From assembly GCA_965207065.1 (NCBI GenBank), contig OZ242260.1, forward strand, positions 3,776,001 to 3,840,000: a DNA stretch of 64,000 nt. Reading direction: 5' to 3'. Origin of the DNA: a bacterium. GTDB lineage: Bacteria; UBA8248. Below the pieces are notes generated by a model. The model saw nothing but the letters and a program-made list of their open reading frames with translations, was not told the origin of the DNA and did no database searches. Of this stretch, positions 37,594-48,479 are shown piece by piece. Both the position numbers and the translations under genes were made by a program. The stretch's first letter is position 1; each line of letters begins with the position of its first letter.

Positions 37594-38622
37594 TCACGAA
37601 TCGATCACGACAGGCGCGCGGCCGATAATCCGGTTTTCCGAGAGATCGGCCAGCGCCTTTTCCACCTCGGCCAGGGGGTACGTCCCCGAAACGACCGGCT
37701 TCACCCGGCCCGAGCCGACCCAGTCGGCGGCCTCGGCCAGCTCCGCGCAATTCACGTAGCGCGATCCGGTTACCGTGATCTCATCGTTCACGAAGCGGGT
37801 GGGGTCGCTCGCGAAGACCGTTCCCGGCTGAAAGCCCACGACGACGAGGACGCCCGTCCTCGCCAGCGAAGCGAAGCTCTTCGGCAGCGTCTGCTCCGTG
37901 CCCACGAACTCCAGCACGGCCTCGGCTCCCTTGCCGCCGGTGATCTCTTCGACGACCTCGGCGAAGTCCTCCTCCAGGCCGTTCACCGCGTGGTCAGCGC
38001 CCAGCTCCCGGGCCCGGGCGAGCTTTGCGTCGTCGATGTCCACCGCGACGACGCGCGCGCCGAAGGCCTTGGCGATCTGGACGGCGTGGATTCCCACACC
38101 GCCGCAGGCGCCGACGACGACCACATCGTCCCCCGGGCGCACGCCCGCGCGCGTCTTGATGGCCTTGAGCGGGGTCGCCACCGGGCTCACGATGGTTGTG
38201 GCCTCGGCGTAGCCCACGCCTTCGGGAATGGCGCACAGGTTCCCCGCCGGGACCCGTACAAATTCGGCGTAGCCGCCGTCCTGGTGCACCCCGAAGTAGC
38301 CGCGGAAATTCTCGCACAGCGTCACCCGGCCGAGCCGGCAGAACCGGCATTGACCGCAGGTGAGATAGGCGTGGACGACCGCGCGGGTACCCTCCTCCCA
38401 TCCCTCGACGCCCGGTCCCCTTGCGGCCACTTCGCCCGCGATCTCGTGGCCCATGACGAGGGGCAGCTTTCCACCGATCCGGCCCGCGCGGATGGTCACG
38501 TCGAACTGGTCCGGCGCGCAGGCGTGAACGCGCAGCACGACCTCCCCGTATCCCGGCGCCGGGTCGGGCACCGTTTCGAGCGTCAGGGGACCTCCCCATT
38601 CATGCAGAACCATGGCGCGCAT
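37594..38622 (-). CDS. Zinc-binding (MDR) alcohol dehydrogenase family protein
   Basis: GHE, CGQCRFCR...C structural Zn site, GACGGVG. Confidence 0.9.
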   Translation of the reverse strand: MRAMVLHEWGGPLTLETVPDPAPGYGEVVLRVHACAPDQFDVTIRAGRIGGKLPLVMGHEIAGEVAARGPGVEGWEEGTRAVVHAYLTCGQCRFCRLGRVTLCENFRGYFGVHQDGGYAEFVRVPAGNLCAIPEGVGYAEATTIVSPVATPLKAIKTRAGVRPGDDVVVVGACGGVGIHAVQIAKAFGARVVAVDIDDAKLARARELGADHAVNGLEEDFAEVVEEITGGKGAEAVLEFVGTEQTLPKSFASLARTGVLVVVGFQPGTVFASDPTRFVNDEITVTGSRYVNCAELAEAADWVGSGRVKPVVSGTYPLAEVEKALADLSENRIIGRAPVVIDS

Positions 38623-38783
38623 CGCAGCCTCCTCGTTGGTCGGACAAAATCATTACGAATCGTCCGGAAAAACGCATTTTCCTCATTTCCCGATGATTCT
38701 GTGGAGAACTACGCGTCCCCGAACTTCTGAAAACACATTCGGATAATGAGTTTATCTAATTGATAAAAAAGGAGATATTATTT

Positions 38784-39242
38784 TTATTCTTTCTCTCTTC
38801 GCTCGACCATGATGGTGACGTCGCCCTCGTGGATGAGCTCATCGCTCTGGTTCAAGAGTGTCAGCGACAACGTCACAATTCCCTGCCCCTTGCTTGAGAT
38901 GCGCTTCGATTTCACGACGACCTCGCCGGAAATCGTATCGCCGAAGCGAATCGGGCCGCGAAAACGCCACTGCAGGCCCAAGAATGCTTCCACCGTCCCC
39001 TCGATAATCCCGAGCCTGGTCACCAAGCCCATGAGGAAGGAGAGGCCGAGCAGCCCGTGGGCCACCCTTTCCCCGAAAGGAGTTTCAGCCGCCGCCTCCG
39101 CATCGGTGTGCAGGTAGGTGTAATCGCCCGTCAGGGCGGAGAAGGCGTTGACGTCGGACTCTCCTATCGTGCGCGCGGCGGTCTTCCATGCCCTGCCCTC
39201 TTCGAATTCCTCAAAAAACAAGCCTGTAGCCTCGTATTCCAA
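38784..39242 (-). CDS. MaoC family dehydratase
   Basis: LTGDYTYLHTD, PFGERVAHG, PIRFGDT. Confidence 0.9.
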   Translation of the reverse strand: MEYEATGLFFEEFEEGRAWKTAARTIGESDVNAFSALTGDYTYLHTDAEAAAETPFGERVAHGLLGLSFLMGLVTRLGIIEGTVEAFLGLQWRFRGPIRFGDTISGEVVVKSKRISSKGQGIVTLSLTLLNQSDELIHEGDVTIMVERREKE

Positions 39243-39252
39243 AACACGCTCC

Positions 39253-40098
39253 TCAATTCAAAAGAAAACGGAAGGTGATTTCGCCCCATTGCTCCTTGTC
39301 CTCAGCGCCTGGAGGCAGCGGACTGAAGCGCCAGCGCTTCAGGTGGTTCGAGGCCAGACCCTCGAGGTAAGCGCTTGCTTTTCTGGTCGGAATGACACGG
39401 CCGACGGTGCCGTCGGGCAGCACCCAAAACTTGAGCACGATCTCCGTCGTACTTTCGAGCCTCTCGAGTTTCGGGGGTTTGGGCTGAAACAGGATTCTCC
39501 GCCTCGCTGCAGGCCCTGCGATGTTGGTCCGCCTCTGCTGCCTGGAAGAGCGGGAGTCGCTCAGGCGCGATAATTGCTCCAACATCTTACGGTCCGCTTC
39601 GGAGCCCGGCAATGCTACTTTTTTTCTTCGCTTCAACCCCCTTGACTCGCCTGCCTTTGTCTTTTCATCTACCGGCAACACAATTTCGTCCACCGTCTCT
39701 CCCGCCTGCAAAGCGCCTAATGAGGGTATCTCGCCAGGCGCAAGCACCGGTTTTGGCATATCCAGAACGGGGGCATCGGGCAGTGGCTCGCTCTCGGGCA
39801 AAACCCCCGGATCGGGCGCTACGAGCTTCGTCTTCACATCCATGTTCAAGTCCCGCTCCGCCATGGATTTTTTTTCAAGCATATGGTTCAAATCAAGCGG
39901 TTCCGGCAGGGGAACTTCAGGCAAAACCTTCGGAAGCAACGCTTCGGGTATGGGAACCTCGCGGCGCACCAGATCGACTTCCATTCTTTCGGGCTGTTTG
40001 GCGAATATCGTCGGCAGTTTGAAGGCGGGACTGAACAGAATCACCCCCATATGAACGGTGATGGAAAACAGAATCGTCAGGATGAGTGAAAAACTCAT
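39253..40098 (-). CDS. TonB-like energy transducer
   Basis: TM helix with SITVH (SxxxH), Pro-rich linker, C-terminal LKFWVLPDGTV...WRFSP. Confidence 0.85.
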   Translation of the reverse strand: MSFSLILTILFSITVHMGVILFSPAFKLPTIFAKQPERMEVDLVRREVPIPEALLPKVLPEVPLPEPLDLNHMLEKKSMAERDLNMDVKTKLVAPDPGVLPESEPLPDAPVLDMPKPVLAPGEIPSLGALQAGETVDEIVLPVDEKTKAGESRGLKRRKKVALPGSEADRKMLEQLSRLSDSRSSRQQRRTNIAGPAARRRILFQPKPPKLERLESTTEIVLKFWVLPDGTVGRVIPTRKASAYLEGLASNHLKRWRFSPLPPGAEDKEQWGEITFRFLLN

Positions 40099-40123
40099 GG
40101 GATTTCAGCCAGCCTCCTTCGGG

Positions 40124-40549
40124 CTATTTCGTCTTCTTTTTTTCCACTCGTTTCGTTGGCGCCGTCGCAATCGACATGCGCAGGGCGCCCGCCTGTTTGG
40201 CAATATCCATCACCTGCACCACCATACCGTGCGGTACGCCCTTGTCCGCTCGAATGATGATCATACCCTCCGACTGCACTTTCAACTCTTCTATCAACCG
40301 GCCCCAGAGCGATTTCAGCGGCACCTGATCATTATTCAAAAACACCCTTTCATCACGCGAGATAATGAGGATCAAATCCTTGCGGACGGGGTGTTCCTGC
40401 GTGACGGTGCGCGGCAACTCCACCTTGACGCCCGGCTGCAAGACGAATGAAGAGCTCAGGACAAAGAACAGGAGCAGCAGGAAAATGATGTCGATCATGG
40501 CCGTCATGCCGGGTTCGGCCCGTACTCGCCTGAGGTCTCGAAATTTCAT
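40124..40549 (-). CDS. exbD: Biopolymer transporter ExbD/TolR
   Basis: MIDIIFLLLLFF, IRADKGVPHG..VQVMD. Confidence 0.93.
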   Translation of the reverse strand: MKFRDLRRVRAEPGMTAMIDIIFLLLLFFVLSSSFVLQPGVKVELPRTVTQEHPVRKDLILIISRDERVFLNNDQVPLKSLWGRLIEELKVQSEGMIIIRADKGVPHGMVVQVMDIAKQAGALRMSIATAPTKRVEKKKTK

Positions 40550-40556
40550 CGCTTCC

Positions 40557-41156
40557 TCACCTCTTCAGCGACTCGACGACCCGGTAGGAGTGCTTTTCGA
40601 TTTCCAGGATGAGGCGGTCCGCCTTGTTGGTGAAATAGTTGTAAAAAATGAGCGTGGGTATGGCGATGACGAGCCCGGTCGCCGTCGTGATAAGGGCCTC
40701 GCTGATGCCGCCGGCGAGTTGACTTGGGTGAGCGATTCCCTTCTCGCTAATGATGGCGAAGGTCCGAATCATGCCAAAAACCGTGCCCGTCAGCCCCAGA
40801 AGCGGCGAAATGGCGGCAATCGTTCCCAGGGCGCCCAGATTCCTGTCGAGCGTGGTAACCTCCTGCCTGCCCGCATCCTCAACGACGGAGCGGAGTTCTT
40901 CCCGATTTCTATCGTGATTCGCTATCGTGACGAGCAGTATCCTGCCCATGACCGATGGATAGCGTCGGCAAAGGGTCATGGCGTCTGACACCTGGTTCTC
41001 CGCAACCAGATCCCTGACCTGCTGCAAAATATCGAGTTGAATGATTTTCTTGGTGCGCAGGTTGAGAGTCCGCTCCAGGACAATGGCCAAGGCCAAGATG
41101 GAGCAAACGCCCAACGGAATCATCAACACCCCGCCTCTGGCCAAAAATTCGAACAT
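40557..41156 (-). CDS. exbB: MotA/TolQ/ExbB proton channel
   Basis: SPLLGLTGTVFGMI, GISEALITTATGL. Confidence 0.93.
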   Translation of the reverse strand: MFEFLARGGVLMIPLGVCSILALAIVLERTLNLRTKKIIQLDILQQVRDLVAENQVSDAMTLCRRYPSVMGRILLVTIANHDRNREELRSVVEDAGRQEVTTLDRNLGALGTIAAISPLLGLTGTVFGMIRTFAIISEKGIAHPSQLAGGISEALITTATGLVIAIPTLIFYNYFTNKADRLILEIEKHSYRVVESLKR

Positions 41157-41193
41157 CAATATGCACCTTTGCGTAAATGGGAGCCTTCGATTT

Positions 41194-44100
41194 TCATCGT
41201 CGAGCACGCTTCCTGGTTTGTTTCGTAATTCGCCTGATGGCGAACCGGGCTTTTCGCTTCAATGCGGGATCTTCCACCACTTTGCTCATCTTCTGGTAAA
41301 TCCGGAGGGCAAGCGTGCGCTTTCCCGCTTTTTCATACAACTCACCTGCCCGCACATATGCCCGCGCTACCCATATTTTCTGATCAGGGTATCGATAGGT
41401 CAACTTCAAGTATTCAGCCGCTGCGCCCGGACCTCTTTGCTCAGTAGATATCCGGGCGTACGCGAAATACGCCTCCGCCGCTTGTTCCGGCGCCCCAAAC
41501 TCGACTGCGAAGCCCAGAGCGCGTTTCGCATCGGCATATTTTCTTCGCTTCCTGTACAACTCGGCCGCCAAGAGCGCGGATTGACTTCGCAAGTCCACGC
41601 CAGCGGACTCACTCCTCATGATTACCGCAAGGTGAGAGAGCGCCGCACGATCTTCGCCAAGCCGAATCAAGCAACGTCCCAAGGCGAATCGAGCAAGCAT
41701 TTCATAGTCATGCCCCGGAAACGTCTCCAAAAATTCCGTTAGCCTCTGCTTCGCCTCTTCGCACCGACCGATGCCGGCCAGTGTTTCCCCGACGCCAAAA
41801 AGCCCATCGGCGCGAAAAGCCTCCGCCGGAAGCCGGATCAACAATGTCTCATAAGAATCCAGGGCTTTGTCGATATCGTTTTTGCTCCGATATATGCCCG
41901 CCATTCGCAACATGGCATGAGCGGCCAGAGCATTGTTCGGGTATCGTGTGATGACGTCCTTGTACGCCGTAAGGGCTCCTTCCGTCTTCCTCTGCGTAAG
42001 CAAAACCTCGCCGATTTGAAAAACCAGGGAAATACTCAGATTGCTCTCCGGGTACCGTTCAATATATTCCCGTGCGCCCGATAAGAATTTCGAATACTCC
42101 CCGAGTTGAAGGTGACTGAGCAAACGGCCATAGACGGCTTCCGAGAACTTCGGGTGAGAAGGATACCCATTCATCATAAGTCGATATAAGCGGTTCGCTT
42201 CTCTGTAGCGACCTTCATTATACGATGAGTCGGCAAGGCGCAAATATGCTTCGCCCGCCAGGGGGGAATCTCGATATGATTCCTGAAATTCAAGAAGTTT
42301 CTTGCGCGCCAAGGCGTATTGGCCCTTTCGGAAAGGTACCAGCGCCAGAATATATTTTACCTCGGCCACCTTTTCGCTTTTGGGGTAGCGTTTCAAAAAG
42401 ATTTGAAAGTTCTTCTCCGACGCATCGAAACGACTACGCCTGAACAGCAATTTCGCCTTCTGGTACAACGCTTCCTTGGCGACATCGCTGCCCCGGTATT
42501 TCTTTTCTATTCTCTCGAAAGATTGCAAGGCGCCGTCATAGTTTCTAAGGTTGAAGCGAGCCTCCCCCGCGCGTGCGAGGGCTTCCGCCGCCAGGACGCC
42601 ACCCGGCTTATGTTCGAAAACGCGATCGAAGGCGAGCGCTGCTTCTTTCCAGTTCTTCTTCCGGTATTGAATCCACGCAAGACCTCCCAGAGCGCGGTAA
42701 TACTCGGGGCTCTTTCCGGGAAGCGCCCGGAAAGCGCGAGCGGCCTCATTCAGATCGCCCAATTCAAAAGCCGCCTCTCCATACCACAACATGGCCACAC
42801 CATCCGGAGAAATCGTGGATCCTCTCTCCGGCAAGAAGGCCCAATGCTTCAGCACATTCAACGCGCCCTTGAAATCCCGGAGCCTAAATGCGGCGAAAGC
42901 CGCCCCCATCGCTGCAGAACGAGCGGCATCCTGCTCCGCCAGCCGGTGAGTGGAAACCGGCGGGTAATCAGCGCCCTGACGCAGAATCCCGTAGGCGCGC
43001 TTCACTTTTCCGAGATGGTATTGAGAGAGGCCTTCCACAATTCTCGCGATGCGATAGATTCTGCCAAGCGGGAATTCATCGCTTACCTTTCCCGCCAGAA
43101 CGGATGCTTCTTGATACACCCCGATTTGGAACAACTTCCAGGCCAATTGCAGGCGTAAAGCGCCGGCGAGCGTTTTACGGCGATTGTCGCGAGAAAAATC
43201 CAGAATACGGGCTTTTATCGTTTTCAATTTTTTCTGAGATTTTTGTAGTGATTCGATTTCAGCGGATAGCAAACCCGCCTGCACGAAAACATTGAGGAAA
43301 TGCTTCGGGTGACGACGCATAAAAAGAGAAAAAGTGCGTTTTGCTTTCTCTATTTTGCCCAGGTACAACCGCGTCCAGCCGATACCGTACAGCGCTTCCC
43401 CCTGAAGCGCATTATCTGGCTTTTCTCTGCCTGATCCGAGCGCCTCGGCCGCGGCATAGCGTTTTTCCGCCTGCGCATAGTTTTTTCTTTGGAGATAGAG
43501 ATTTCCAAGCGCCACGAGGGCCTGTACGTCGAGCCGCCCCTTCGCATTCGCAAGCATCGTCCATGAGTCGATCGCTTCATCGACGGAACCCGTTTTCGCC
43601 TGCACCCAACCTTTCAGAAAAACCGCCTCCTCATAGGCGAATTTTCCTTTTTCCCACGATTTCCCTTCCAACAGAGCGAGGCACCCCTCGTAGTCACGCG
43701 CCTCGCAACGCTCTTGCGCCAATGTATATCTCGCAGCCGCCACGTAGCGAAGGCCGTCGGTCAGAAACAAGTTCAACAATCTTTCCCTTCTATCCCTGGC
43801 TTCCTGATTTCTTCTCAAATCAAGAAGCGTCTCTCCCGCCCAGAAGAGAGCCGCCGCGCGCCAGAAATGAATCTTCGTTTTCTTCGCCAATCCTTCGAAA
43901 AGAGTGAACGCCTCTACGGGCGAGCCTTTTTGCAGATAGGCATACGCCGTATTGAACTGTTCGCTCTCATCGACAAAGTCATCCGACGAACTACCGAAGT
44001 ATTGCGTCAAATCCAGGTCCGGCTTTTTTTCGGAAGGAATCGGGCGGGCGGGCAGGCGAATCAATGGAGTTTCAAGCTCAACAAAAACGGCGGGAAGACG

Positions 44101-44328
44101 AACACCCAATCGCTTGGGCGGGATGGGGCGCACACGAGTTGCAGTGAGGTGCTCGATATTGGGCGATTCCACCACGACTTCGGGCAAGGAAATGGTGAGC
44201 TGCTTCCCTTGAGCGGCGCTTCCATCCCTGGACCACGCGGTACTTTCCGCTCCCCAGTAGACGAAACATGCGACCACCAGGCCAAGGAGAAGCCTGCACC
44301 TGAATTTATACGCGGCAAATCGCATCAT
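41194..44328 (-). CDS. Large exported tetratricopeptide-repeat protein
   Basis: Signal-like N-terminus; many TPR units with YP.S turns. Confidence 0.88.
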   Translation of the reverse strand: MMRFAAYKFRCRLLLGLVVACFVYWGAESTAWSRDGSAAQGKQLTISLPEVVVESPNIEHLTATRVRPIPPKRLGVRLPAVFVELETPLIRLPARPIPSEKKPDLDLTQYFGSSSDDFVDESEQFNTAYAYLQKGSPVEAFTLFEGLAKKTKIHFWRAAALFWAGETLLDLRRNQEARDRRERLLNLFLTDGLRYVAAARYTLAQERCEARDYEGCLALLEGKSWEKGKFAYEEAVFLKGWVQAKTGSVDEAIDSWTMLANAKGRLDVQALVALGNLYLQRKNYAQAEKRYAAAEALGSGREKPDNALQGEALYGIGWTRLYLGKIEKAKRTFSLFMRRHPKHFLNVFVQAGLLSAEIESLQKSQKKLKTIKARILDFSRDNRRKTLAGALRLQLAWKLFQIGVYQEASVLAGKVSDEFPLGRIYRIARIVEGLSQYHLGKVKRAYGILRQGADYPPVSTHRLAEQDAARSAAMGAAFAAFRLRDFKGALNVLKHWAFLPERGSTISPDGVAMLWYGEAAFELGDLNEAARAFRALPGKSPEYYRALGGLAWIQYRKKNWKEAALAFDRVFEHKPGGVLAAEALARAGEARFNLRNYDGALQSFERIEKKYRGSDVAKEALYQKAKLLFRRSRFDASEKNFQIFLKRYPKSEKVAEVKYILALVPFRKGQYALARKKLLEFQESYRDSPLAGEAYLRLADSSYNEGRYREANRLYRLMMNGYPSHPKFSEAVYGRLLSHLQLGEYSKFLSGAREYIERYPESNLSISLVFQIGEVLLTQRKTEGALTAYKDVITRYPNNALAAHAMLRMAGIYRSKNDIDKALDSYETLLIRLPAEAFRADGLFGVGETLAGIGRCEEAKQRLTEFLETFPGHDYEMLARFALGRCLIRLGEDRAALSHLAVIMRSESAGVDLRSQSALLAAELYRKRRKYADAKRALGFAVEFGAPEQAAEAYFAYARISTEQRGPGAAAEYLKLTYRYPDQKIWVARAYVRAGELYEKAGKRTLALRIYQKMSKVVEDPALKRKARFAIRRITKQTRKRARR

Positions 44329-44335
44329 ACGTCCC

Positions 44336-46999
44336 TCACCGAAGCATCGGCTTTTGGTTTTTCATTTCCCATTCACGCTTATTGACCGAAGCCAGATAAG
44401 ACTCAAGCCGGCGGATCCTTAATCTCGCTTTCTTGATTTCTTCTCCCATCCGAGGCGAAGCCTTTCCGTTTTTGAGCGCCGCAATGCTACGGTAATGACC
44501 GATGGCCTTCTTCCACTCCCGGCGCGATTCACGAATCGCAGCGGCGCGCCAGGTCGCCGAGCGCACCCACTCCCTGTGACCTGGACCTGTGCGCTTCAAC
44601 GTCTCGAAAAGATCGAGCGCCTTGTTCCATTCCCCCTCTTGCTCAAACCGCACTGCGATTTGAAACAACGCAGGACCGGAAATGTTTCCATCGTTCGACT
44701 TTGCCGCGATCTGGAAAGCCGCCGACGACGCTTCGGGCCTTTTTCTCTGCAACTCAATCGTACCGAGGCGCAAAGCCACCATACCCGCTTTGTCGTTTTC
44801 GGGAAAATTGCCGAGAAAATCCGTATAGGCTTGAGCGGCTTTATCGTTATCACCCATGGTCTCGAACGTTTCCCCCAGCCTCAGCGCCACCTCGGCGTCA
44901 TGAGGGGCAAGGGCGAGAACATGGCGCAGCGCACCCGCGAATTCCTGCAAATTGTTCTCTTTCAGAAAACACGACGCCCGCAGCCGGTGTAAAACCAACT
45001 TCTCGTTCTTCGTCCTCTCGTGTTGCAGCGCCCGCCCCGATGTCTTTACTGCGCGGCCACAGTCTTTTTGCTCGAACAACACGAGCGCCCACAGCCTGAG
45101 CCCCTCGCCAGGCTCGGACGGGGCGAGTGCATCCCAGGAAGAGAAGGCCGCATCCGCGCCTTTCCAGTCTTGCGCGCTGACGGCATTTCGAGCCAGGAAA
45201 TACCAGATCGAACGCCTCCTTGAGGCGCTCACCGCCTCATCACTTGCAAGCGGGAGGAGATATTTCCGCGCATTTTGCAAATCGCCCTGCGCGCGATAGA
45301 GGTTGCCAATTTTGAGGCGCGCCTCGCGTTTTAATTCTTCGGAAAGAAGGGGGAGAACGCTCTGGAAACGCTTCAAAGCCTCTTTTTTGTCGCCGCGCTT
45401 CTCCGACAACTCGCCCAGACGATACCGCGACCGGACGGCGAGTTCAGGGTGTCTTGAGCCTGAGGCGACTTGGCGGTAAAAAACACCCGCCGCATCGAAC
45501 CTAGCGGAATTCCACGCACACTCGGCTCTCAGGAATGCCACCTCGGAGCGCAAGGTCCGGGGTACATACGCTTCGGGAACCACTTTCAACAGGGCGATGG
45601 AGCGGGCGCAATCCTCTCGCGCATTGTGGATGAACGCCGACCGCAGAACGCCCTGGTATACGGCCCGCATCATCTCGGGCTCGAGTTTTTTTTCCGATTT
45701 CCCGAGTCCGCCAAATGACGCCAATATCTGTTGATACCGCTTGAGCAGTGCTGGCGTGTTTCGCTCAGGCTCTTTTTCCAGCATCTCGGCCAGGCGCAGA
45801 CCGGACCACACCGCCTCACGCGTATCCGGGGCGCGCCGGATAAGTTCGCCGTATTGGTTCACCGCTTCTTTCTTCAAGCCCGCGCCGAGCAGACAATCCG
45901 CCATCCTGAATCGAGACGAAGAAGGCAGTGGCGCGCCCTTTCCGATAACGTCGAGCGCAAGAACGAGATACTTTCTGCCTCCTTCCGCACAAAGCCCTGC
46001 TTTTTCAACGCTTTGCAAGAAAAACAGGAGATAGGCGCCATCCCTGGCCGGCTCCCGAATCAAGCGTTGATAGGCCGGTGCGGCTTTCGCGTATTCCCCG
46101 GCGCGCCACCACGAAGACGCCAGACCCCGCTCCGCCGCCATGCGCTGTGACTTTGATAGTTTCATGTCCAAAACGGCTTCGAACGCCGCGCCCGCCTCGG
46201 GGTATTTCTTTTGCGCAAAAAGGCTTGCAGCCTGGCCCAGCCTCAAGTCGGCGCGTTTTTTCTCTCCGGGACTCCCCTGAAACAAAGAGTCGAAAGTCTT
46301 CTCCGCCGAGGCGAACTTTTTCAGGTCCAATTGCAATTTTGCCAGCCGCAGCGAGAAGGCATGCACCCGCGGGTTTTTGGGGAAACGGCGCACGACCAGG
46401 CTGTGCGCCTTCTCGGCCTCCCTGATCCGCGGAATGTGATCAAGGGCGATGGCGCGCTCGAAGAGGGCATCTTGCACGCGGGGGTCTTTGGGCGCTGACT
46501 TGATGAATTCATCGAGCGCATCGACCGCGCCCTGCCAATCGCGCGCCGCCAGCCTGAGCGCGGCGACACGGTAGACGGCCTCCACCCGGTAGCGACCGGG
46601 CTTTACGGACGCATAGGCGCGTATCGCCCCCTTTCTGTCGCCGATCCGCTCGGCGAGCACCCCAACCCGGAACTGAACCTCGCCGGCCCTCTCATGGCGG
46701 GGATGACGATTCAGGAACGCCTGATACGCAGCGACCGCCTCTTTGAGCCGATCATCGCGACGCAGCGCCTCAGCGAGAAGATAACGCACGATTGAAGCCG
46801 CTTTGCTGTTCCCCGCAGCTTTTAAGTAGGCCCTGAAAGCGTCAATCGCAGGCTCATAAAACCCGTCCCGGAAGGTATTCAGGCCGAATTCGAGACGAGA
46901 CTGCGGCGTTTCCTTGAACTGCGCCCGGGCAGGTGTAATCGGCGCGAGAACAGACCCCGCTAGAACGAACGCCGCAATAGTAAGAAGACTACGCCTCAT
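44336..46999 (-). CDS. Large exported tetratricopeptide-repeat protein
   Basis: Signal peptide ending PARA-Q; tandem TPR units. Confidence 0.88.
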   Translation of the reverse strand: MRRSLLTIAAFVLAGSVLAPITPARAQFKETPQSRLEFGLNTFRDGFYEPAIDAFRAYLKAAGNSKAASIVRYLLAEALRRDDRLKEAVAAYQAFLNRHPRHERAGEVQFRVGVLAERIGDRKGAIRAYASVKPGRYRVEAVYRVAALRLAARDWQGAVDALDEFIKSAPKDPRVQDALFERAIALDHIPRIREAEKAHSLVVRRFPKNPRVHAFSLRLAKLQLDLKKFASAEKTFDSLFQGSPGEKKRADLRLGQAASLFAQKKYPEAGAAFEAVLDMKLSKSQRMAAERGLASSWWRAGEYAKAAPAYQRLIREPARDGAYLLFFLQSVEKAGLCAEGGRKYLVLALDVIGKGAPLPSSSRFRMADCLLGAGLKKEAVNQYGELIRRAPDTREAVWSGLRLAEMLEKEPERNTPALLKRYQQILASFGGLGKSEKKLEPEMMRAVYQGVLRSAFIHNAREDCARSIALLKVVPEAYVPRTLRSEVAFLRAECAWNSARFDAAGVFYRQVASGSRHPELAVRSRYRLGELSEKRGDKKEALKRFQSVLPLLSEELKREARLKIGNLYRAQGDLQNARKYLLPLASDEAVSASRRRSIWYFLARNAVSAQDWKGADAAFSSWDALAPSEPGEGLRLWALVLFEQKDCGRAVKTSGRALQHERTKNEKLVLHRLRASCFLKENNLQEFAGALRHVLALAPHDAEVALRLGETFETMGDNDKAAQAYTDFLGNFPENDKAGMVALRLGTIELQRKRPEASSAAFQIAAKSNDGNISGPALFQIAVRFEQEGEWNKALDLFETLKRTGPGHREWVRSATWRAAAIRESRREWKKAIGHYRSIAALKNGKASPRMGEEIKKARLRIRRLESYLASVNKREWEMKNQKPMLR

Positions 47000-47843
47000 C
47001 GCGAGGCTCCAACAGGATGTTGTCGATAAGCCTGGTTTCTCCGATATAGGCCGCCACCGCCATCCGGGCGGCGCCGTTTATGGTTTCCACCCTTTCGAGT
47101 GTCACAGGGTCCACGATCTCCACGTAATCGACCCTGGACCCGGCTTTCTTAAGCTTATCCAAGCAAGACTGAATGATGGCGACAGAAAATCGCTCCCCGG
47201 CCGCCACCGTCTTTTTCGCATCGAACAAGGCCACGCTGATGGCGCGCGCGCGCAACCTCTCCTCGGCCGACAGATAGGCGTTCCTGCTGCTCAAGGCTAT
47301 ACCATCTTCTTCGCGGATTATCGGACAGGGAACAATCTCCACCCCGAGATCCAGATCGTGCGTCATGCGGCGGAGCAGGACGAGTTGCTGATAATCCTTC
47401 TCTCCGAAATAAGCCCGGTGCGGAAGACACGCGGAGAACAGCTTGAGCACGACCGTGGCGACGCCCCGGAAGTGTCCCGCCCGGTGGCTCCCGCAAAGAG
47501 GCGCGCCCAGGCCGGGCACGTCCACCCATGTGTCGTATCCGCCGGGATACATCGAACTCGCTTTGGGCGCGTAGGCGCATGCTACGCCCATCTCCCGGCA
47601 GGTCTCCAAATCCGCCTCGAAAGTTCTCGGGTAGGTGTCGTAATCCTCACCGGCTGCGAATTGGGCCGGATTCACGAAAATACTCACGACAACGGCGCCG
47701 CACTCGCTCGTCGCCCGGGCGATGAGGCTTTTGTGGCCCTCGTGCAGCGCGCCCATCGTGGGAACCAGCCCGAGCGGGGCGTCATCCCGCCTGAGAATTT
47801 CGGCCAGTTCACGCATTTTTTGAGGCGTATCGACGACTTTCAT
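46989..47843 (-). CDS. panC: Pantoate--beta-alanine ligase
   Basis: VPTMGALHEGH, SIFVNP, FGEKDYQQ, ALSSRN, RLIDN. Confidence 0.97.
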   Translation of the reverse strand: MKVVDTPQKMRELAEILRRDDAPLGLVPTMGALHEGHKSLIARATSECGAVVVSIFVNPAQFAAGEDYDTYPRTFEADLETCREMGVACAYAPKASSMYPGGYDTWVDVPGLGAPLCGSHRAGHFRGVATVVLKLFSACLPHRAYFGEKDYQQLVLLRRMTHDLDLGVEIVPCPIIREEDGIALSSRNAYLSAEERLRARAISVALFDAKKTVAAGERFSVAIIQSCLDKLKKAGSRVDYVEIVDPVTLERVETINGAARMAVAAYIGETRLIDNILLEPRDEA

Positions 47844-47969
47844 CGGTAATCACCGGGAAAACGGGCAACATGCACCAGTACGGGCGGCGGTAGGGTATCT
47901 TCTCAAATATCACACGGGAAAAACAAGGCTAAAAAAACAAGGGGTTGCCTTTGCGAGACGCCGGAGGCC

Positions 47970-48479
47970 TCAGGGGGATTCCGATTCCAGTTTCTCGACC
48001 CAGAAATCCCCGGGAGGAAGCTCGTCCAGCAGCTGAGAAACGGGCTTTTTGAGGACGGGATGAACGAAGTCTGGCGCGATTTCAGCCAGCGGCCCGAGGA
48101 CGAAGCGCCTCTCGTGCAGCCTGGGATGCGGAAGTTCCAGACCCTGTTCCTCGATGACCGCATCGTCGCAAAAGAGCAGATCCAGGTCGATCAGCCGTGG
48201 CCCCCACCGCTCCATTCTGACGCGGCCCATTTTTTGCTCAATATCCAGAAGGAGCGCGAGCAATTCCTGCGGGCTGTTCCCGCATTCGAGCGAAAAAACG
48301 GCGTTCACGAAGGGAGGCTGTTCGACGGGACCCATGGGCTGCGTGCGATAAAAAGACGACGCGCCCAAAAATACAATGCCCGGGTTTTGGCTTAGCGCAT
48401 CTTGCGCCTGCCTGATCTGGCGAACCGGCTCGCCCAGATTGGCGCCCGCGCCGATAAAGGCGCGCGCCTTATCGATCAA
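47970..48479 (-). CDS. folK: 2-amino-4-hydroxy-6-hydroxymethyldihydropteridine diphosphokinase
   Basis: [30 protein letters not shown]. Confidence 0.96.
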   Translation of the reverse strand: MIDKARAFIGAGANLGEPVRQIRQAQDALSQNPGIVFLGASSFYRTQPMGPVEQPPFVNAVFSLECGNSPQELLALLLDIEQKMGRVRMERWGPRLIDLDLLFCDDAVIEEQGLELPHPRLHERRFVLGPLAEIAPDFVHPVLKKPVSQLLDELPPGDFWVEKLESESP

